Below are positions 59,478 through 64,000 of a DNA stretch of 64,000 nucleotides, in pieces. Under the pieces are notes generated by a model. The model was not told the origin of the DNA. It did not search any database and saw only the letters and a program-made list of their open reading frames with translations. Location: assembly GCA_049570475.1 (NCBI GenBank), contig CP186953.1, forward strand, positions 608,001 to 672,000, read 5' to 3'. This DNA comes from Candidatus Methanosuratincola verstraetei (GTDB lineage: Archaea; Thermoproteota; Methanomethylicia; Methanomethylicales; Methanomethylicaceae). The position numbers and the translations under genes are program-made. The first letter of the stretch is position 1, and each line of letters opens with the position of its first letter.

Positions 59478-60237
59478 TGGATCTCCTGGCGGATGCGCCG
59501 AGCGCGGCGGCTTGGAGCCTGACATAAGAGTGCTTCCTCACGACTGCTCCGGTGGCCAGCCCGACGGTTAGAAGCGAGACCGAAGCCAGGATCGGCTCGA
59601 GCCTTATCCCCCACGGGGTGTAGTTGAGGACCAGCCCGACGAGCGGGACCAGCGCCAGGGAGAGCCCTAGCGATAGGGCAAGGCGCTCGAGCTGGGAGAG
59701 GTCGGACTTCTTCGGGTAGAGGAGCTCGATGAGCGCAGCCCCCGGCAGGTAGAGCACGAAGAGCGCCCCGAGGGCGTACCTGGCGTAGATCAGGGGGGCG
59801 CCCGGCGAAGCGGCGACCACGGCAACGGTTCCAGCGACGAGCGCGAGGAGCGCCCAGTACCAGGCGGAGTAGGCGGGCTCCCTCAGGAACCGCGCCACTG
59901 AGCGCGGCGGGTCCGGGTCCCTGATCGCCACCATCCCGGCTGAGCTGAGCTCGTAGATCCGCCTCGCGACCTCCTCGGGCCTGGCTCCGAAGGCGGACGA
60001 AGCCGCCTGGACCGCATCCTCCAGCCTCATAGCCCTGCCGTTCCTGATCATGTTGAGGACCTTCTCGGCGAGCTCGTCTGGCTCGTAGACGTCCCCGCTG
60101 CCGGATCCATCCTCTTCTTCCTGCGCTTCATCGTCCTCCCCGCGCCCGCCCTTGTCCCCCGATGGGCTGGGCTTCCTGAGCCGGTCCAGCCACCTCCTGC
60201 GCGCCAAATCCGGGAGCCCCACCCCTGAACTCGGCAA
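59470..60237 (-). CDS. DUF1616 membrane (N-terminal) half with an added helical/wHTH-like N-terminal domain
   Basis: LGALFVLYLPGAALIELLYPKKSDLSQLERLALSLGLSLALVPLVGLVLNYTPWGIR; TTG 60237 follows GGGAGG. Confidence 0.8.
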   Translation of the reverse strand: MPSSGVGLPDLARRRWLDRLRKPSPSGDKGGRGEDDEAQEEEDGSGSGDVYEPDELAEKVLNMIRNGRAMRLEDAVQAASSAFGARPEEVARRIYELSSAGMVAIRDPDPPRSVARFLREPAYSAWYWALLALVAGTVAVVAASPGAPLIYARYALGALFVLYLPGAALIELLYPKKSDLSQLERLALSLGLSLALVPLVGLVLNYTPWGIRLEPILASVSLLTVGLATGAVVRKHSYVRLQAAALGASARRSNA

Positions 60238-60250
60238 ATCGACCCTCCCG

Positions 60251-61753
60251 CTAGGCTGCCCTCGCGGCGAGCCCGAGCCTGCCCAGGTCGGCCATATCGA
60301 ACAGCCGCACGTCGCCAAGCCCCTCGGGTGTGCCATCCGCCGGGGCCGGGCGATCCCTGAAGCTCTTTGCGAAGAGGCAGTAGACCCGCTCGGGCGAGCC
60401 GGCTTTTTTCCCCGTTGCGCCCCCGGTGCCTGCCCTTGCCTCTGGCTTGCCCTCGACAGCCCCATCATATGAACCGGAGCCGGTTGCTCTGCGCGCCCCC
60501 AGGAAGCAGTCGGCTTTATCGCGGAGCGCCCTGGCGAGCCTCCACGGGTCCACCCCGTCTTCCCACTTGCACTCGCAGAAGAGGAGTTGCCCCGACTCCC
60601 CCTTCCCGACCACGTCTATCTCGACGCCCTTGTGCCACCACACGCCCACATCGGTGAGCCGGAATGGCAGCGGCACGACCCCCTTCCTGATCAGGTGGAG
60701 GATCACCCTGTGGAACATCTCGCCGTAGTGGTGGCTCAGGCGCGGCCCTATCTTTCCAATCACCTCGTCGGCTAGCCCCAGCTCCAGGTCGCTTATGTTC
60801 GGGTAGACGAACCTGAACCAGAAGCAGAAGAAGGGATCCTCTATCATGTAGCGGCCGCGCTTGCGCTGCCCCAGCGGTAGCACGTGACGGACGATCTTGG
60901 TGGACTCGAGGACGCTGAGGTACTTGGAGAGGTTCCCGCGGTCCAGCCCGGTGACGCAGCTGAGCTCCCCCAGCGAGACATAGCCGAGCGAGATGTGCTT
61001 CAGCACCTGGAGGTAGACCGCCGGCTCCCTGAACTCCTCCCTGAGCAGTATCAGCGGCTCCCCGTAGAGGGCCTCGCCCTTGGTGAGCACCTTCCTGCGG
61101 ATGTTCTCCTCCACGCTCGCGCTTGGGTCTGCCTGCGAGAGGTAGAAGGGCGTGCCCCCGAAGACTGCCCAGATCCTGATCGTATCCTCCGCTTTTGCCA
61201 ACGGGAACATCTTCGGCAAGTCCTCTGGCTGGAACGGCGTAACCTCCCATGCGCCAGTTCGCCTCCCGTAGAGGGGCGAACGCGCCCCAAGGACCTCCCT
61301 CTCCATCATCCCGACGCTCGAGCCGCAGAGTATGAGGAGGATGCCCGTCCTGCTGAGGTCCTCGTCCCAAGCCCGCTGGAGGTTCGAGGTGACGCCTGGG
61401 TCGAGCTCGATGAGGTAGGGGAACTCGTCGAGCGCCACGATGAGGCGCCGCCCGCCCGCCTCCTTCGCGAGGATGCCGAGGGCATCGCCGATGGACCTTG
61501 CCTCGACCGAGGCGAGGTATTCCTTCCCCAGCATTGCGGCCACCCTCCTCTTCAGCTCATTCACATTATCCCTCATGCTGTCCTTGGTGCACATGAGGTA
61601 GAGGCCCTGCTTGCCAGCGAGGAACTTCTTTATGAGGGCGGTCTTCCCGACGCGCCTCCTCCCATATATCACGAGGAGCTGCGGCCCCTGCTCGGAGTGC
61701 TTCCTCTCCAGGAAACCGAGCTCAGCCTCCCGATCCACAAAAAGTTGTTGCAT
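60251..61753 (-). CDS. Archaeal ATPase (ATPase_2, wHTH, DUF234 PD-(D/E)XK-like tail)
   Basis: FVDREAEL, YGRRRVGKT, LDEFPYL, LCGSS, SPLYGRRT, GGTPFYL, EIDVV...CECKW. Confidence 0.92.
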   Translation of the reverse strand: MQQLFVDREAELGFLERKHSEQGPQLLVIYGRRRVGKTALIKKFLAGKQGLYLMCTKDSMRDNVNELKRRVAAMLGKEYLASVEARSIGDALGILAKEAGGRRLIVALDEFPYLIELDPGVTSNLQRAWDEDLSRTGILLILCGSSVGMMEREVLGARSPLYGRRTGAWEVTPFQPEDLPKMFPLAKAEDTIRIWAVFGGTPFYLSQADPSASVEENIRRKVLTKGEALYGEPLILLREEFREPAVYLQVLKHISLGYVSLGELSCVTGLDRGNLSKYLSVLESTKIVRHVLPLGQRKRGRYMIEDPFFCFWFRFVYPNISDLELGLADEVIGKIGPRLSHHYGEMFHRVILHLIRKGVVPLPFRLTDVGVWWHKGVEIDVVGKGESGQLLFCECKWEDGVDPWRLARALRDKADCFLGARRATGSGSYDGAVEGKPEARAGTGGATGKKAGSPERVYCLFAKSFRDRPAPADGTPEGLGDVRLFDMADLGRLGLAARAA

Positions 61754-61790
61754 AAGTATTATACTTTGCCTACAAAAATAACTCTTTCTT

Positions 61791-62273
61791 TCACGGGGGC
61801 GACGTCACGTTGATCCAAAGGTGGTTCCACCTGCCCGTGTAGTAGGGGGAGCCGTCCGGCCCGACCGCCCAGAGCTCGAATATCAGCTTGGCGCCCTGCA
61901 TGGGGGTCCCGATGGCGACGTCTGCGGGCACAGTGGCGTTCCCGCCGTGCGCCAGGATCACCTCGTACGACGCGAGGACGGGCAGGTCAGCCGGCACGGT
62001 CTCGTTCACGACGGTGGAGTTGTCCCCAACTTTCTCGAGCACGCGGTAGTACATCGCCTTCCCCTCGTGGTTCTCGACGTAGAGGTAGAGCCTGAACGGC
62101 TCGCCTGCGAGGACCTCCTTCGGGTAGTCCCCGATCTTCATGTTCGGCCCAAGGGTTCCGAGGGCTGAGAAGGGCTCGACGACCCTCCCCGCCGTGATGG
62201 CTTGAGAGACCGCAAGCGCCCCCCCAAGGACCACGATCGCCAGTACGACCGCCCTGACCTCCTCGTCTATCAT
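61791..62273 (-). CDS. DUF1616 extracellular (C-terminal) half
   Basis: TM helix followed by EPFSALGTLGPNMKIGDYP...GE...VENHEG...Y...KLIFELW...HLWINV. Confidence 0.8.
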   Translation of the reverse strand: MIDEEVRAVVLAIVVLGGALAVSQAITAGRVVEPFSALGTLGPNMKIGDYPKEVLAGEPFRLYLYVENHEGKAMYYRVLEKVGDNSTVVNETVPADLPVLASYEVILAHGGNATVPADVAIGTPMQGAKLIFELWAVGPDGSPYYTGRWNHLWINVTSPP

Positions 62274-62319
62274 CTTATCCCACCTTTTGCCCGACCATTT
62301 AAGGCGCGCGGACTCTTCG

Positions 62320-62793
62320 TCAGCTCGCGGCGACCTCCCACCTGCGCTTGGCCTTGACCCAGGACCGCCAGATCAGCCTCGGGAGGTAGAGGTAGGACAG
62401 GGCGCCGACCGCTGCGAGCGAAGCCAGGAAGGAGTAGAGCCCGACGGAGGAGATGAGGCGGCTCTGATCCCCCTCAGCGAGGAGCCGCGGCACCGTGGCG
62501 TTCACTTCTGAGATGATCAGCCTCGCCTGATCAAGTGACTCGGGTTTTCCATCCTGAATGAGCGCGAGGGCATGGTTCAGCGACTGGAGGGGGGCTGAGA
62601 TGTCGGCGCCCCGGGACTCGGCAGACTGGAGCGCGAGGAAGGCCTCAGCCAGATCAGCCCTCAGCGCTTCTTGCTCCTCCCCCGAAGGAGAGCAGCGAAC
62701 GAGAGCCGCAGCCGTGCCAAGCATGAGCGGGGAGAGAGCCAGGAGGGACGCGATTGAGATCCCGGCGAGGAACGAGAGCCGATCCACGGTCAT
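62320..62793 (-). CDS. Hypothetical membrane protein with a helical ectodomain
   Basis: ATG 62793 overlaps the upstream TGA; signal/TM, AESRGADIS, C-terminal TM. Confidence 0.72.
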   Translation of the reverse strand: MTVDRLSFLAGISIASLLALSPLMLGTAAALVRCSPSGEEQEALRADLAEAFLALQSAESRGADISAPLQSLNHALALIQDGKPESLDQARLIISEVNATVPRLLAEGDQSRLISSVGLYSFLASLAAVGALSYLYLPRLIWRSWVKAKRRWEVAAS

Positions 62794-63164
62794 TTCCGCT
62801 GGACCATTATCCAGAACCTGTGGTTCACGAGGGCGTCGGTCCCGAGCCAGAAGAGGAACTGGTCCTCGCAGACCCACCTCTTCACATTCGGGAAGACCGC
62901 GGCCACCTTGCCGTTTATCCACTGGTGGGCGAGGTCGAGCCCCCTGCGCCATATCCTTTGCCCGATCGTGTCCCTTATCCGGTCGGCTATCCCTTCGATC
63001 ATGCCGATGAGCTTCGGGTTGGCAATGGGCCCGAGCCTCCTGCAGTACTCGAGCGCGCACCTGAAGAGCCCCTTCTTTAGGCTGCCTAGCCGCCGCAGCG
63101 CACCGTTCCTGGTGCCCCTCGTCCACAGGGAGAGCAAGTCGGAATAGCCGATAGTTTTGATCAT
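62790..63164 (-). CDS. Hypothetical basic, Trp-rich soluble protein, first gene of the operon
   Basis: ATG 63164 follows a TATA box; ATGA coupling to the next gene. Confidence 0.72.
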   Translation of the reverse strand: MIKTIGYSDLLSLWTRGTRNGALRRLGSLKKGLFRCALEYCRRLGPIANPKLIGMIEGIADRIRDTIGQRIWRRGLDLAHQWINGKVAAVFPNVKRWVCEDQFLFWLGTDALVNHRFWIMVQRK

Positions 63165-63206
63165 AAGCTGCCTATATCCCCGATAGCAGCAATAGCTTTG
63201 AAACTG

Positions 63207-63220
63207 TTTATAAGTTTTCC
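63207..63220 (-). promoter_or_regulatory. Putative BRE/TATA promoter of the MoxR/DUF1616 operon
   Basis: Minus strand GGAAAACTTATAAA about 43 nt upstream of ATG 63164. Confidence 0.6.
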
Positions 63221-63319
63221 TTTTCCACAATCGGATATAAACAATTTATAAAAAGCATTTTTTCAGAAAAAAAAGTTTTAACAGTAGAGGAATCCGACAA
63301 TGAATGCCGAAGACTTAGA

Positions 63320-64000
63320 TTAAACAGGCGTCTGGTCAGATCCCGGCAGCCACACGGTGAAGATCGACCCCTTGCCCACCTCGCTCTCGAACGAGATCTC
63401 GCCGCCGAGCTGATCTACGAACCTCTTCACCACGGAGAGGCCGAGCCCCATCCCCTTCGCCTTCCCTGTCACGAACGGCTTGAAGAGGCTCTCCCTGATC
63501 TCGGGCAGGATGCCAATCCCCGTGTCCGAGACGGCTATCGCGACGCCGCCCTGTGCAGGTCGGGCAGCAATCCGCATGCTCCCCCCGGACGGCATCGCCT
63601 GAACCGCGTTCGTAACGAGGTTGACAACCACGCGCCTCAGCATCGAAGGGTCAGATCGGATCTCTTCAGCGCCACGCTCGACGGAGATCGAGACCACCAC
63701 GCCCTCTGGGATCTTCGCATCCCTGGTTAGCGCCTCTAGGAAGGCTGGCAGGTAGATCCTCTCGGCCTTCGGCTCAAGTGGCCTGGAGAAGTCTGCGAGA
63801 TCCGAGACAATCTTGTTCATGTATTCAGCCTGGTTCACGAGGGTGTCGAGGTCCCTCTCGATCTTGGCGCGAACGGCCTGGTCGATCCCTGCGGATCGGA
63901 CATTCTCGCGCATTATGTGAGCCAGGTTCACGATCACCTGGAGCGGGTTGCGTAGGTCGCGCCCGACCATCAGCGCGGTCTCCCCGATCGCAGCCATCCT
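63320..64000 (-). CDS. Sensor histidine kinase, C-terminal part (5' end probably outside the window); H-box His replaced by Arg
   Basis: MVGRDLRNPLQ, NAVQAM, DTGIGI, KAKGMGLGL, GKGSIF. Confidence 0.88.
   Translation of the reverse strand, partial: RMAAIGETALMVGRDLRNPLQVIVNLAHIMRENVRSAGIDQAVRAKIERDLDTLVNQAEYMNKIVSDLADFSRPLEPKAERIYLPAFLEALTRDAKIPEGVVVSISVERGAEEIRSDPSMLRRVVVNLVTNAVQAMPSGGSMRIAARPAQGGVAIAVSDTGIGILPEIRESLFKPFVTGKAKGMGLGLSVVKRFVDQLGGEISFESEVGKGSIFTVWLPGSDQTPV

Overview
GC-rich archaeal genomic DNA, judged from TATA/BRE-type promoters, GGTGA/GGAGG Shine-Dalgarno sites, pyrI, IorAB, archaeal AAA ATPases and DUF1616. The gene content would fit a Thermoproteota lineage such as Methanomethylicia or Bathyarchaeia, but that is only an inference. 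1-22 kb is mostly housekeeping: a pyrimidine operon pyrB-pyrI-pyrC-(fused pyrD-pyrK) followed by pyrE, rmlD, a sirtuin, an ornithine cyclodeaminase/alanine dehydrogenase, a flippase, a Liv-type ABC transporter, EamA and iorAB. 22-39 kb is an accessory zone with two AbrB-VapC pairs, a beta-helix surface protein, an ADP-ribosylglycohydrolase, a PAS/GAF histidine kinase, a radical SAM/SPASM protein, an AAA ATPase and several decayed defence genes (PLD-nuclease fusion, AbiE-like pair, Mrr). It also holds two orphan rmlD 3' tails that bracket one vapBC. 39-52.5 kb is an AT-rich mosaic glycan island with a Wbp-like diacetamido-uronic acid pathway. Its composition switches fall inside genes, and two tandem GT4 genes share an apparently identical 640-bp 3' half. 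52.5-63.2 kb is an 11-gene uncharacterised membrane operon (MoxR, DUF58, DUF4350-like, DUF4129-like, split and permuted DUF1616) that runs directly into the glycan island; this is the best candidate for an undescribed envelope-assembly system. The window ends in a histidine kinase whose phospho-acceptor His is replaced by Arg. No rRNA, tRNA, CRISPR array or transposase was seen. All family calls come from motif recognition by eye, not from database searches.
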